From assembly GCF_009914755.1 (NCBI RefSeq), contig NC_060938.1: a DNA stretch of 64,000 nucleotides. One strand, written 5' to 3'. Position numbers and translations under genes: made by a program. Shown here piece after piece: positions 26,174 through 39,479 of the stretch (position 1 is its first letter; each line of letters opens with the position of its first letter). The DNA comes from the human T2T-CHM13v2.0 reference genome, Homo sapiens. A model generated the notes under the pieces. That model worked only from the letters and a program-made list of their open reading frames with translations. It made no database searches and was not told the DNA's origin.

Positions 26174-26934
26174 CCTTCATGTCTTGCTATGGGCACATTC
26201 TACCCAAACTCTACCTTCATCTTCCTGAGGAGTAAAGCAGGACCGAAAGGAAAGGGACCATCTTTCCTTGTCTTTCTATGCCATCATCGTCACCCTATAT
26301 GGTTGGTCAATACAGGGAAACAACATGAATGAGAATGGATATGACAAGATGCCTTGATTGTTCCTGTTTCTTAGAACACCACTGCCTACTTTGTGCTTTC
26401 AAAGCAAGTTCTGATATGAAAAGAAAATGTGACCCCTTGGGGGTGGCAGAGCCCCCTATTCAGTCGTAGCTGTAACACACTTACCTTGTGCTCACTTTGA
26501 GTCTTACCGATCACTGACGCATCGTGGGTTCATAGAACATCTTGAACACTGTGTCAAGGAGCAGCAAGGGACAGAGACACACACGTTGCACTTCCCTCCT
26601 CGGGTCACAGTCATGCTCCAGTGTCCCATCAGACTTCACTTACAAACAGATTCAAAGATAAAAGTGTTAAGAATTTCAAGACAGCCACAGCACAGCCTTA
26701 ATCCAAGCACTAGGCCTTACTGAGCAAGGGGTCCTGTGGGGCTGCCCAGGCCACTCACCCAGGAAGCTGGGCCTGTGGGGTCTATAGAAGTGGGTTGTTC
26801 CTGTCCTTTCTACATTTGGACTACCTAACTTTAGGGCCCCTGAGGGAGCCCGTATCTAAGTCACCTGAGGGTCCTGAGTGGGGGAAGTTCATGTGTGCAG
26901 TTGTCAGTGGCTGAAATGGCTTTCTGTGTTGGCC

Positions 26935-27200
26935 TTAACAGGTGAAAATGTAATGTCTGGAAATATGGCTGCCATTTTACGACCATGAGGAGATAAGCCT
27001 AAGGACTAAAGATAACATGTCAAAAAAGGCAGAGCAGACAGGAGTTGGATCCTCATTATTGAACCACAGGACTAAACAACCCTTTAGCTGCCTTGCCTCA
27101 AGAGTTCTTACTATCTGAGATGATAAATGCCTTTAAAGTTTAATCTACTTTTGGTTGGCTCTTCTATTAGCGCAGGCAATAGCATCAAATCCCATAACAC
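26935..27200 (+). mobile_element. MLT1K/L-like LTR fragment
   Basis: 'ggctgccattttacgaccatgagg...ggcagagcaga...tgagatgataaatgcc'. Confidence 0.6.
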
Positions 27201-27534
27201 AGACACAACCCCACATTTGCAGGAGCTGTGCCAGCCTTGATGTTGCATCCCCTATTCTGGGAGGTGTGTGTTCAGCAACCTGACTTAGACCGCCTTCCTG
27301 GTGGAGAGGAAGGTTGAGGTAAGTACCTAACCCAGGTCTCTAACTTATCTACCTCTTTTGTTCCCAGGGTAGTAACCACCTCGCCCTTCCAGTTGCATTT
27401 CAGGCACTTCAACCAACCTAAGATGAGCACGATCTATGTGCCATTTGCCAAGACCGGGAAGGCAAAGAAAACATGGGCCCTGACCTCAAGTTGCTCACAG
27501 CCACGCTGGAAAGAAATGTTGACCAAGATTGTTA

Positions 27535-27922
27535 TTAGTGTCTAAGATTCAGTTCTCTGGAAAGGAACTGTAATATGGGGAACCAGATTCAGAATGGTTA
27601 GTGGGTATTGCTCTCGAAGGATTCACCAGTAGGAAGAGAGGAAGATAGAATTGGGAAGAGAGAAGGGACCCACACTGTGGTACAACTGAGACCTCAGACA
27701 ATCCCATGTGAAACTCTGGAGCTGGGGAGGCCCTTCAGAGTTGCCCCAAATTACGGTAAATGGGCTGGATCTTCATATCCCTAATCAGCCAGTCATCAGC
27801 CATGGGCTGCCCCTGGGAGACAGTATAACAGCGGGTGAGACACAGGATGGTTCCCAGTGAAGGACTCAGGGCAGGGCTGGGGGCACCAGGGGGAGGTCGG
27901 GCCACAGTCCCTGTGCGCTTAC
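27535..27922 (-). mobile_element. LTR16C-like ERVL LTR
   Basis: 'ctctggagctggggaggcccttcagagttgccccaaat...atcagccagtcatcagccatgggctgcccc'. Confidence 0.7.
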
Positions 27923-28072
27923 AATGGACAAAGGAAGGCAGCTCTGACATGAATGATGATCGAGACTTTTATTTGCATTAATGAGTGAGATAAAAGTGAT
28001 ATTCCCAGCAGGGGGATGGGCGTATTGCCTGAAGAGGGAACCTTGATTAGGTTTCATAATATTCATATCAGT

Positions 28073-28150
28073 TAGGTTGACCATATAATTTATCCAAACT
28101 AGGACACTTTCAAGAGAGAAAGGGAGTATTATTAATTACATCAGTACAAC
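28073..28150 (+). mobile_element. MER94 hAT-Blackjack fragment
   Basis: 'taggttgaccatataatttatccaaactaggacactttcaagagagaaaggg'. Confidence 0.75.
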
Positions 28151-28164
28151 GGTTTCTGTGCACA

Positions 28165-28275
28165 GTTCTCATTTTACAGATGAGGAAACTCAGGCACAGA
28201 AAGGTTGAGAAACAACATCATTTGCTAACAAGTAGTAGTGAAGAGGCAGGGCCAGGTTTCACACTCTGGCAGTCT
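28165..28275 (-). mobile_element. MIR SINE
   Basis: 'ctcattttacagatgaggaaactcaggcacagaaaggtt'. Confidence 0.8.
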
Positions 28276-28510
28276 CATTCCAGTGACTAATTCTCAAGAC
28301 ACTGTAGAGGTAGAGTTGGCAGACTTGGCGATGGATTGGCTGAGGGGTGTAAACTGGGAGGGCCAGAAGGGATCCTGGCATTCAGGCTTGAGCAACTGGG
28401 AAGATAGTGGGACTCTTGACCTGAGAGGGTGTCAAAGTAGGGGGAGGGGAGGGAGGAAAAGGGGATCTCAGACCTTCAGTGAGTGGCAGTGCAATCACTC
28501 TGCTGGCTCC

Positions 28511-28733
28511 TTTTATTTTTTGAGATAGGGTCTTGCTCTGTCACCCAGGCTGCAGTATAGTGGCACAATCATAGCTCACTGCAGCCTCAAACTCCTGGGC
28601 TCAAGGATCCTCCCGCCTCAGCCTCCAAAGTAGCTGGACTACAGGCACATGCCGCCAAGCCCAGCGCATACTCCATGCCCGGCTAAATTTTTTATTTTTT
28701 GTAGAGACTGGTCTCAGTATGTTGCTCAGGCTG
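28511..28733 (-). mobile_element. 5'-truncated AluJ
   Basis: 'atcatagctcactgcagcctcaaactcctgggctcaag'. Confidence 0.9.
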
Positions 28734-29439
28734 CCCCACTGGCTTCAGTGTAATAAGTGGAAACTGAAAGATAGCTTTCTCAAATTACTCATGTTTATTG
28801 TAGAATTATCCAATATAAAACAATATCTTATCTAGAATTTTTCAGTCTTTCTAAACAAAAGCTTCCTAGTGATGCACCCCCCTGCCCCCACACAAACACT
28901 TTTTTAGGATGGGGTAGACAGCCACAGTACCTCACCCTCAGGTGAGTATCTCAAGAGCCTATTGGTGGCCCAATAGCTATGGATGCTGTCGCTTCTCACT
29001 GCGGACTGCATTTGCTATAAGGGCTCTCTCAGAGCAAGGAGCTTCCAGCCAGAGGCTCACCCTCTCGCACTGGGACAGGAGACACAGCATGCAGCTCCGT
29101 GGTGGCAACAAGGGTGCCTGGGCTATGAAAGCTCAGAGTTCTGCTCCAAGTGGGACATTTCCTTCTGGGATTGGTCCCCTAGTGACATTGCTGCTCATGC
29201 CCTTATGATCGGTTACATGCAAACTTGCAAACCCTCAGGGTTGATCTTATATACTGTGCGTGTGCACATTGACTCAGCTACCCCCATCCATTTGGCTGTG
29301 GGATTTCCTGATATGCAAATTGGGCAACCCTTAGAACAAGAGCTGATAAAATGTCATGGCCAGAATTGAGACTTAGATTCCCAAATGATACACTTAAGCA
29401 TGTTGTAGAAGGGAAGCTGAGAAGAGAAGCAAATTCGGA

Positions 29440-30000
29440 GAGAAAGACTAAGGATTCAGCCCTGCATATGACTAGTTTGAGGTACCAGTGAGGCATTCAA
29501 GGGAAATGTGTGCCCATGAGAGGTTGACTTTGTAGTCTGAGTGTTTAGAGAGATCTTGGTTTTCTATAGAAATCAGGGGATCATAAACTGGTTCATGGTC
29601 ATTATCTGCTGCATGGAAAGTATTGGCATGGAGAGTGCCTAGAACAGAACTATGAGACCCTATAGCATTTGAGGGCTGGATACAAGAGGAGGAGCTGGCA
29701 GAGGAGTCTGAGGAAGAACAGGTCAGGGCAGAGGGGACCCAGGAGAGGTGACTGTCAGAGGATGCCAGGGAGTGGGTTTTAAGGAGGAACAGTCAGTAGT
29801 ATAAATGCTGTGGAGAGGTGTACAAGATAAAGTCTCCAAAGCACAGGCCACATTTAGAGAGATGCAGGTCACCATGGCAAGGACCAACTTCAGTGAGGGG
29901 GCTGGGGGCAAAAGCCAGAAGATTGGTTAAAGAATGAGCAAGAATGGGTAATAGGAGTTACAGAGAGCAGGTAATTTGTTCAAGAAGTTGCCTGTCAATG
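29440..30000 (-). mobile_element. Degenerate L2 body fragment
   Basis: 'tttgaggtaccagtgaggcattcaaggg', 'gaggaggagctggcagaggagtctgagg', 'gggcaaaagccaga'. Confidence 0.6.
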
Positions 30001-30388
30001 GCTGGTGTGGGGTGACAAAAAAAAAAAAAAAAAGCCCTAATGGGTGGGGCATGATTTCAAGGGAGACATTTGCAGAGATAAGAGAGCTAGGCATGTTTTT
30101 TGCTGATGGGAACTAATAAGGAGATAGAATGGGGCAGGCTGAAGACACAGGAGAGGGAGGAAGCATTGAAGAGGCTGAGATCCAGAGAAGGAAGACATTA
30201 ACGGCAAGAATGAACCATTCTCTGCTCCCTCCATGAACTGTGCCTTTGTGAATGTCTTAAATTCCGCAATCTGAAGAATAGGTCAACTAAAGGGACAACG
30301 ACAAAACCACTCAGCCTGCATCATCAGTGAGTGCCAACTATGAAACAGACATTCTCAGCGAGAAAACTGAGCACAAAGAAGAGCAGAC

Positions 30389-30570
30389 AGATAGATCGAT
30401 CCATACATCTATCTGTCCATCTATCTATCCATCCATCCACCTCCTCAGCCACCCATCAATTCATCCATCCATTGATCCATCCATCTATTCATCTATCCAT
30501 CTATGCACCCACCCATCCATCTACCCCCTCACCACCAACCCACCCATCCATCCACCCATCCATCTATTTG
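30389..30570. repeat. Degenerate (ATCC/ATCT)n tetranucleotide repeat
   Basis: Seen directly. Confidence 0.92.
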
Positions 30571-30879
30571 CATATGAATGAAAATATGGTGAAACTAAGC
30601 AGCAGGAAGGACACAGACCTGGAGGGGTTAAAGACTGGAAGGATGAGTGAGGCTAACTAAGGTGTGAGTGCTGCTGGCTTCACTCTCTGTGGTCATTAAC
30701 TTGCTAATGGAGTCCCTACCTCCATTAGCTGGGCGATCAGCAAGCCAGATCAATGGGACCATGGATCTACTGCTCTAGAGGTTTCCTTAGAGCCAAAGTC
30801 CAGCTGTCTAGACTTGTGATCTGCCCTTGGGTCAAATCTGTGAAGAATAGGCTATGTGGGGTGTCCGGAATTCAGTCAA

Positions 30880-31024
30880 GAGCTCTGATTTCTTGTTGAG
30901 TCATTGCTGTGTGATCTTAAGGATACCTGTGCACCTTCCTAGGTTTCTGTTTCCTCATTTGTAAAATGGGAGAAATTTGGGCAGGCAATAGATGATCCCC
31001 AAAGCCCTTTTCAGCTCTGAGGTT
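30880..31024 (+). mobile_element. MIR3-like SINE, tail interrupted by L1
   Basis: 'tctgtttcctcatttgtaaaatggg...agatgatccccaaagcccttttcagctctga'. Confidence 0.7.
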
Positions 31025-31644
31025 AAAAACTATTCTAACCCACTTAAAAACTGATCAAAGGACTTAAATAGACATTTCTCCAAAGAAGATATACAAAAGG
31101 CCAACAAGCATATGAAAAGATGTTCAACATGTTAGTCATTAGAGAAATGCAAATCAACACTTCAATGAAATACTACTTCACACCCACTAGGATGGGTATA
31201 ATCAAAGAAATGAAAAATAGTAAGTGCTGACAAGGATGTGAAGAAACGGGAACCCTTGTATATTGATGGTAGAAATGTAAAATGGTACAGCCAGTGTGGA
31301 AAGCAGTTGAGTGACTCCCCAGAAAGTTAAACATAGAATTACCATATGGCCCAGCAATTTTACTTCTAGATATATACCCAAAAGAACTGAAATAAATTCA
31401 ATTAATAAATACTTGTGCCCAAATAGTCACAGCAACACTATTCACAATAACCAATGGGTGAAAACTGGCCAAATGTCCACTGATGAATGAATAAACAAAA
31501 AGCAGTACATCCATACAATGGAACAGTATTCAGTCATAAAAAAGAAATGAAGCACCCATATATGCTACAATATGGATGAACCTCAAAAACATTGTGCTAA
31601 GTAAAGGAAGTCAGGTCACAAATTATATGGCTCCATTTAGTTGC

Positions 31645-31782
31645 CTTTTGTTTGTTGTTTGCTTGTTTGAGACAGGGTCTCACTATATGGCCCAGGTTGG
31701 CCTCAAACTCCTGGGCTCAAACCATCCTCCTGCCTTAGCCTCCTGAATAGCTAGGATTACAGGCATGTGCCATAGTGCACAG
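31645..31782 (-). mobile_element. FLAM/AluJ monomer
   Basis: 'gagacagggtctcactatatggcccagg...ctcaaactcctgggctcaa'. Confidence 0.85.
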
Positions 31783-32042
31783 TAATTATATGGCTGCATT
31801 TATATAAAATATCCAGAATGGTTAAATCCATAGAGACAGAAAGCAGGTTGGTAGCTGAAAGGGGCTGGGGAGAAAAAGGAACAGGGAGTAACTTACTGGA
31901 CACGGAGTTTTCTTTTCGGGTGATGAAAATGTTTTGGAATTGGATAAGGGTCGTGGTTGCACAATAATGTGAATATACTAAGTTCCACTAAATTGTGGGC
32001 TTTAAAATGATTAATTTTATGTTAATGTGAATTTTGCCTTAA

Positions 32043-32341
<299 letters not shown>

Positions 32342-33469
32342 AATTTTTTTTTTTTTTTAAAGAAAAAGAAGCTATTCTAGAATCTCTTCATGACAAAACA
32401 AAACCTATGCAACTCCTTCAAGTCCCTGTTTTGGAAGTAGCCTGGCCACTCCAGGCCACCTCTCCCTCTCTCACATCTGATTAATGGGCTTGGAGTTCAC
32501 AACACCAGATATCACATTCCTTCCTTAATAACCAAGTCCAAAGGTCTCTCTGCCTTCCCTTTCCCCATTTCCATCTCAGGATATCTTTAACCTTTTTTGG
32601 AAGACGCCCTTCCCTAAGTGAGTGGAACGGAGACACTTCCGGAGCACCTATTTTGGGAATTAGCCCAGATTGTAGACAAACAACCACCATATAGGGAGAC
32701 ATTCGTGGGCGAAGGCATTCCATGGCCAGAGGTGAGAGGTGAGACCACAGAGCTTTGAGGAAATGGACACTTTAAATGTTGGCCAAGGCAGCCATCCAGG
32801 TTTCCTGTGGTCTGAGAAGTGGCGGGGAAGTTGATGTCCCAGCTTGGTGTAGCTGCACGGACATGGATATGGGAATCAGTCACACCCTCGCTTCTTATCA
32901 AACAGAGGGGACCCTTGAGCAAATTGGTTCATGACCAGAAGGTGCTATTTTCAGCTTCCTTTTGGAGTACAAACGTTAGGCTGGAAGGCAGGGAAAGTGG
33001 TGGAGGAATAAAAAAGAATAAACTGGAAATGGGGGAGATGGGGAGAGGGCTAAGCAGAAATGGTATGGCTAATTCAGTGGGTGACCTTCAACAAGTCCCT
33101 TCACTTCAAATTTAAGTCGACCTGGTTGGGTTAAACTAGAGAAAAGGAAGAAAATGTTAAATGCCAGTGCAGATGAGTTTGTGGTTAAACAGAAGCAGTC
33201 ACGCAGTTCTGTTGATGCTGAAACTGCAGTAGGCCGTGTGAAGGGACCTGCTGCAGGTCTTATGAACTGAAGGGGGCCAGGGATCAGCGTAGTCACAGAC
33301 CGTAACACTCATGAGGCGTAAAAGAGGATTTCAAGACAATATCATGTAGTAAAAGGCGTGCAAGTGTGAAAGTCTGGTAGGTCTGGGCTTGAACCACTGG
33401 TTTTATCTGTTAAAGATAAAACACTTGCACGCCTTTTACTACCTTACTTGCTCTATCTACAAAATGGGA

Positions 33470-33546
33470 CACACATATATATACATACACACACATATAT
33501 ATATACATACATATATACACACATCACACAAACACACCCACACACT
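33470..33546. repeat. (TA/CA)n low-complexity tract inside a MIR
   Basis: Seen directly; flanked by 'aaaatggg' and 'aaggttgtggatatgag'. Confidence 0.8.
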
Positions 33547-33796
33547 TATTAAGGTTGTGGATATGAGAATAATGCATGTGACCTGACTAGAACATAGTCA
33601 ATTTTAAATAGAATAGTGTGCGTTATTTTCCTGGCTCAGCCCTTCACCTTCTCTCAAGGTGAATTTGTCCTAGACGCCAGTCAGACCGTGATGAGTCACA
33701 TCCCTGGAGGGGCCACCCCCTTAGGCATATCAGAAATGTAGGATGAACAACATTTAGCCACCTTCCCTAGCAACCCTTCTGTACACACCAAGAGCC

Positions 33797-33827
<31 letters not shown>

Positions 33828-33908
33828 CACAGCTTTCCTGTTCACTTTACTTCTGGGAATGTATCCAAAGGAAATTACTGGGGAAGAAATGAAAAAATCA
33901 CATATATA

Positions 33909-34005
33909 CAGATACTCCCTGACATAGGATTGTTTGACTTAGGATGTTTTGACTTTATGATGGATTTGTCAAGGCATAACCCCATCACAATTAGAGGAGC
34001 ATCTG
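33909..34005. mobile_element. Short internally deleted MER47/Tigger-type MITE
   Basis: TA-flanked TIRs cagatactcc...gaggagcatctg. Confidence 0.7.
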
Positions 34006-34097
34006 TAGCTGTTTCTTAAAAGGTTATTTATCATGCACAACAGAAATGTCTACTAAGAAGCCCAGGAAATATGGCTTGTTGATGCCATGAAATACTG

Positions 34098-34176
34098 TTA
34101 GGTTAGTGTAAAAGTAATTGTGGTTTTGCCATGGAAAGTAATGGTGAAAACTGCAATTACTTTTGCGCCAAACTAA
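34098..34176. mobile_element. MADE1 (Hsmar1 MITE), full length
   Basis: Palindromic 'ttaggttagtgtaaaagtaattgtggttttgccat...atggtgaaaactgcaattacttttgcgccaaactaa'. Confidence 0.88.
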
Positions 34177-34966
34177 TATACATTTACAATGATCAATGTG
34201 ATAACTGTAGAAAGATGAAAGCATGTAAATGTCAAGTTTTTAAAAGTTGGCCACAAAACTACATGTACACTAAGATATTAACTATCCAGCTTATAGCTAA
34301 AGAGTGCAAGGAGCTGTGGAGAAATGTAAACAGTTGATGCACTGGAGGAATAGCATTATGGGTACAGTATTTTTGGCATGATAAAACTGTTTAATAATAA
34401 ATAATAAATATCTTTCCTATCTCTTTTAATGACATGAAGTAGATGATTTCTAAGACTTTATTCCTCCTGAGGACTCTATAGGTAATTTGCTTCTCTTTAT
34501 TTCAACTTATGCTTCCTCCTCTGTAAGATTACCTGGTAGTTTTCTAGCCACAATTCTTAGATTTGTTATCTAGAGCCACATAACAAATGACCCCCAAATT
34601 TAGCAGCTTAAAACAAGCATCGGTTGTCTCATACAGTCTCAAGCATTGGGAATTGAGGGGAGGCTGAGCTCGGTGGTTCTGCTCAGGGTCTCTCACGAGG
34701 GTGCTGTCAAGCTCTTGGCTGGGGCTGCAGTCATTTGAAGGCTCAACTGGGGCTGGAGAGTCCATTTTCAAGCTCACCACATACTGGCAGAAGTCCTCAG
34801 TTCCTTGTCATGGGGTATCTCCTTAGAGCTGCTCACAGCGTGGCAGCTGGCTTCCCTCAAAGTGAATGGCTTGAGAGAGAGCCCAAGACCAAAGCTGAAG
34901 TCTTCTATAACCTAATCTTGGAAGTCACATCCCAGCAGATAGTGAGTTATTGTTACTGCTACTGCT

Positions 34967-36014
34967 ATGTTGCAACAGCATCCATTTTGAATATAAGCTG
35001 AACTTTCTTTTTTTTTTTTTTTTTGAGACGGAGTCTTGCTCTGTCGCCCAGGCTGGATGGAGTGCAGTAGCTCAATCTTGGCTCGCTGCAAGCTCCGCCT
35101 CCTGGGTTCACACCATTCGCCTGCCTCAGCCTCCCAAGTAGCTGGGACTACAGGTGCCACTGAAATTTCTTATACCAGAAGTAGGGTTTGGTCACCCTCA
35201 ACACACTTTCCAGTTCTCTACCCTCCAGTTCCTCAATGTGGTCATTCCAGATACCTGCCTTACCAACCACCTCCTGGTGAACACCTCCCCATGGACAGCC
35301 GGATACAACCTACTTGATGCACCCCACTGATTCCCATACCCCACATGGAGAGCACAGATATGCTGCAGTGACTACCCTCTCAATCACAGTATAACTCCAT
35401 GAAAACTGCCTGTTTCCTCTAAACCCACCAATTAGAACTTCCCAGGAGGAAACCTGCTTGGGTAATGCCCTGGATCCAATAATAGCTAGGGCCCACAGAC
35501 CCAAGTGGGTGGGTGGGGAGCCTTATAGCTCTCTCTTACTCCCCACCCACTGTTTGAAAGCATTATTCTGGATGGCTTCCTGCTTCCCATTGGCCCTGCG
35601 AGGCATGCTGCCTTCTTCTCTCTGGGATCTGTGAGTAATAAACTGCTTCTGTCATTTCATGTGTTTTGCTATGTCATCTCCTCTAAGTCTCATCCAACTA
35701 ACACACCCAAACCCAGCTTCTTTCCATCAGGGATCTTCCAGAGAATGGATGTCTTGGTAGGAATAAACTGGACAGAGGTCAGACAAGAGCCACAAGGGTG
35801 TCTGCCAGTGTAAACAAATTTTCAGGGAGAGGGACACCTGGTCATGGGTCTAGCACTTAGGCATTAGGTTGTCTGCCAGAATAGAGACATATCCCATGGA
35901 AGGCACACTATAAATATCCATGGCCAGATCCCTGAAGCCACATCACAGCAGGGGTAGAGTTTACAGCCACTCTCATGAGAGGGACCTCAAGACCTAACAG
36001 AGGAAAACACAACA
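34967..36014 (+). mobile_element. MER54A-like ERVL solo LTR
   Basis: TG...CA ends; 'gtgagtaataaactgcttctg'; terminus 'gacctcaagacctaacagaggaaaacacaaca'. Confidence 0.7.
35008..35159 (-). mobile_element. 5'-truncated AluY-type right arm
   Basis: Y diagnostics 'gcaagctccgcctcc...ttcacaccatt'; TSD ctgaactttctt/ctgaaatttctt. Confidence 0.88.
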
Positions 36015-36349
36015 CACACTTCTACCATGTGCTATTGGTCACAGAGAACACTCCTGGAACAATACAGATAGGGGATTACACAGCTGTGAGCACCAGAAGG
36101 TGGGGGTCACTGGAGGCCGTGTGTGGGCTGCCACGTCACACCACAAAGTCATACTTCTATCCTGCATGAATGGCAGCTTGTTCCTCTACTCCTCCCATAG
36201 ACTGGTGGCCTGTTGGACATCACATTATCCACCACACTGTACTAAGTAGGTGCCCAAGAGAGCCTTATTGATCAAGTGTATGTTTTTCTGCATGCATTCA
36301 AGGCATGTGAGTATTAGAGACAGTGTCTAGAATGTGTCTGCCTCACCAG

Positions 36350-36495
36350 ATGCACCCCATGAAAAGGCAGATACACTGCTGTCCCCGCTTCTTACTCAAT
36401 GTACCCAAGGTTATTAGCTGATCCATAGGAGAGCTTAGATTCAAACCCAGGTGGATCTGTTTGACTCTTAAACCCATGCTTTTCCCACTCTACAG
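36350..36495 (-). mobile_element. MIR SINE
   Basis: 'agagcttagattcaaacccaggt...tgactcttaaacccatgctttt'. Confidence 0.6.
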
Positions 36496-36599
36496 GGCTA
36501 GTTTCCAGATAAAACCCTCCCTCTTTCAGGCAGGAATTAGGAGCTGTCTGTTAGCTCTCACTGATTCCTACGTGCCTGACTACCACTCTACCTATTGCC

Positions 36600-36803
36600 C
36601 ATTATGTGCTGGTAAATGTTTAACAACCAGCTCTCTGGGGAAAAAGAAGTCCTGGTCTGTAGCACTTGCTGATTGCCATGGTGTAAATATTCCCACCATG
36701 GCCACTTGCAAACTACCAACCTGATGTCCTTGATCAGAGAGTTGGAAAGAGAGACATGATCTGCCATTGTAAGCCCATAAGAGCCACCTCCAGCCCACCA
36801 CTG
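36600..36803 (-). mobile_element. MER63A hAT-Blackjack MITE
   Basis: 'gtgctggtaaatgtttaacaaccagctct...ccatggtgtaaatattcccaccatggcc...ctccagcccaccactg'. Confidence 0.85.
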
Positions 36804-38611
36804 TCCACTCTGGAAGTATATGAAACTTCTGGAAAAAGACATAGAACGATCCCCAAACCCATTCTGAACTGTTAACATGTTTTTGCCTCTCTAGTTGTTG
36901 CTGCTCTGCCTCGTCCCGTGTTAGCCATCTGGTCCATGACGTGCACACAGAATTTGAAGCCTACCGTCAACCTGTCCCCCACCCCCACCAAGCCTAGTTC
37001 AACTCTACAGCTCTGGCCCAGGGCTTGTGTATATGGGGCTTAGAAATACAGACCTATTCCTCAACCCCTCTCATAGTCTGCCCTAGATGAGACCTCCTGT
37101 ATCCCAGCGACCCCCCACCTGACTCCTTTTATATTGCCAGCTGCCTAAAACTCAGTGGGGGTGGCTAAGGCTCTACCTAGACCACCATCACCAAGCCTTC
37201 ATTTGTGGGAGGTTGAGGAGGCATACATTATTAGACATCCTAGTATCAGGGCAGTCAAGAGCTCACACATCACACACAGATGCACTCCAGAAGAATGTAC
37301 GAAGCTGACTGTGCTTCACCACTGTCTGAATCATATCATCTGACCCACAAAATTCCCCGACCCCACAGGAACATGGGGTTGGGATTTAGGAGTAGCTTTT
37401 TCACCCTATTCAACTCACCTCCCTCTAGCTCCTTAATTTACACAAGCCTCCTCATATTGCTACTGGGGACAACTTCACCAGGCCACCCACTGCAGACATT
37501 GAATGAGCCCCATCTCCCTTCTCTTTACCCTCTATCCTCATTGCCCTAGGTCCTTCCTCTGAACCTCTGGTCACTCTTAGTGCCATCTGGTTTCAGGCTC
37601 AAGGAAGAACCCCCAGGACCTGCTGGTGGAATACTGAAAGAAACCCAGACTTTGTGAGATGTCTGCAGGGGCCTCCTATGAGTGTCATGTGCTCTTTGAC
37701 TGCAAGAGTCTGTGAGTCCATTTTCTGGGTCATGTTCCTGAATGTCCCATCTTAGCTGTGCAACAGATCTCGACAAGTGGGTGGAGTTGGGGGAAGCCAG
37801 CCAGCACCCAACCCACCACTCACAACCTGGGCAGATTCTTCTGCATCCCAGCAGCTCCCAAGAATGCTTATCTCCTTCTGAGACCCAACAGAAGGATGAT
37901 GAAGCTCACCTTGAAGGCACAGTCCAGTTTCCTACTTGAGGAAAAATCCTGAATCATTTTGTATCTTGAGTTTTCATGTTCTGTTTTTTTCCTGCCGCTT
38001 TTTCTTTTCCCTCTAAGCTTTATGAAAAGAATTTCTCTTGTAGAAATTCTTATAAGGAAATGAAGAGGTTATTGACTTCAAGATAAAGCTTACTGGAAGC
38101 CCTTTGATATTTCATTTAGGAAACCCTTCACTGTCTGATATTCTAGACCTCTGAAAACTCTATTGTGGGAAGACTTGTTGGACCTTGGAATAAGTCAGCT
38201 TCCCTAAGGATGGTTGCTTCCCCCACAGTCTCTTTTCAGACAACGTCATCCACTCATGCCCTTGTCATCTTGGAGAGGATTGTCATTGTTCTCCTTATCT
38301 GCAATTTTATGTAAAACTCTCAGGAGTGGAAGTGAGTGCCCACAGGGTGAGCATCCCAGGACATCCGCAAGCAGAGTTTTGGAAACAACAGTCTAAACAA
38401 ATTAGAGCATCATCGTCTAGACTTAGGCAGGCTTAGGGAAACTGACCAAGCCTGAGCAGAGGATAGAGGACAGACTAGTGGAGGAAGGCGGATGTCCTGG
38501 GGAGGGTGAGACAGACAAGAGGGTGGAGGGGGAATAACCAAGGTGGGAAGTCCACGTCCCTAGCCAGAGCCCAGATGGACTCCTTGCTATTTTAAAATGT
38601 GCCTGGGATCT

Positions 38612-39159
38612 TGTTATAATGATGGTTAGTTGACAGATGTGGAGATGACGGCCTTGCAAGGAGAGTTCAATATTTCTATTTCTATTTCCTAAGAGGAAGG
38701 GATCCGCCACACCATGCAGGGCCATGTCAGGAAGCACCAGTGCTGGTCAGGAGGCAGGAGGAGCGAGGGGCAAGCATGACCAGACCCTGAATCGTGGCTT
38801 TTGTGGAAAGGAATGGTCCAAACATGGTAAATATTCTAAGTAAGCTGAGGACTGAATGGTTGGAATAATTTCAGTGGGCTCTGATCTACGGGTGTGATCC
38901 CCAGTTGTCTAGTATCTGGCCCTGAGATGATTTAGGGTACTGGGAATATTGGCTTGGTATGTAAGGGTCTGGTAAAAGAGATGGTTGGGTTGTGGGCTCT
39001 GGACTGGTTGTTTGTATATCAAAGGTGTGCTGGCAGGCAAGTTGTCTGTTATCTCCAGGAATTAGCTAAACCTGGAAGGGGCAGACTCTCCCAGATCTGC
39101 AAGGCCCCAAGACATCAACACATCATAAAATACAGAAAATAACAAGCAAGATTAATGCA
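38612..39159 (-). mobile_element. MER74-like ERVL solo LTR
   Basis: End 'aggaattagctaaacctggaaggggcag...aaggccccaagacatca...aatacagaaaataa...attaatgca'. Confidence 0.75.
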
Positions 39160-39189
39160 CTCATCCTGGCAGAAGCCAGGCTGATCTGA

Positions 39190-39395
39190 GGCTTCTGGAC
39201 TCAGGCAGACTGGGGTTCGAATACTGGCTCTTCTCTCATCGGTTGGCGTGACCGCAGGAAGCTACTGAATCTCTGTGAGGATCAGCTTTGTCTACTGTGT
39301 AGTAGTAACACTGCTATCCCACTGCAGTGGGTGAGTCCTAGGCATGGTGTCTGACACGCAGCGGGCACTAGAGAAATGGTAACTGCCACTATGAT
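39190..39395 (+). mobile_element. MIR SINE
   Basis: 'ctggactcaggcagactggggttcgaatactggctc'. Confidence 0.7.
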
Positions 39396-39479
39396 TCTGG
39401 GTGAGGGATATCTCACGTGGAAGGTTTGTATTTATCTCCATAATGTTTCCCCTTGTTAAAATTGACAGTATTGCTTGTC

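Larger units (their letters stand above)
25650..26775 (-). mobile_element. Zaphod/MER115-like hAT-Tip100 fragment
   Basis: End 'ttcaaagataaaagtgttaagaatttcaagacagcc...cccaggaagctgggcctg' matches the recalled MER115/Zaphod terminus. Confidence 0.7.
34558..36142 (-). mobile_element. MLT1F-like MaLR LTR, split by a MER54-like LTR
   Basis: Pieces at 34558-34935 ('gggtctctcacgagg...ctataacctaatcttggaagtcacatccca') and 36015-36142 ('cacttctaccatgtgctattggtcacagag'). Confidence 0.75.

Noticed and set aside
28908-28941. 34-nt micro-exon candidate (ttttttag|...CAG|gtgagt)
   Set aside because: Strong donor but no independent support; such pairs are common by chance in 64 kb
33797-33823. Isolated poly-A run as a processed-pseudogene tail (also 30017-30033)
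   Set aside because: No upstream ORF, AATAAA or clear TSD; more likely a mononucleotide expansion within decayed LINE sequence
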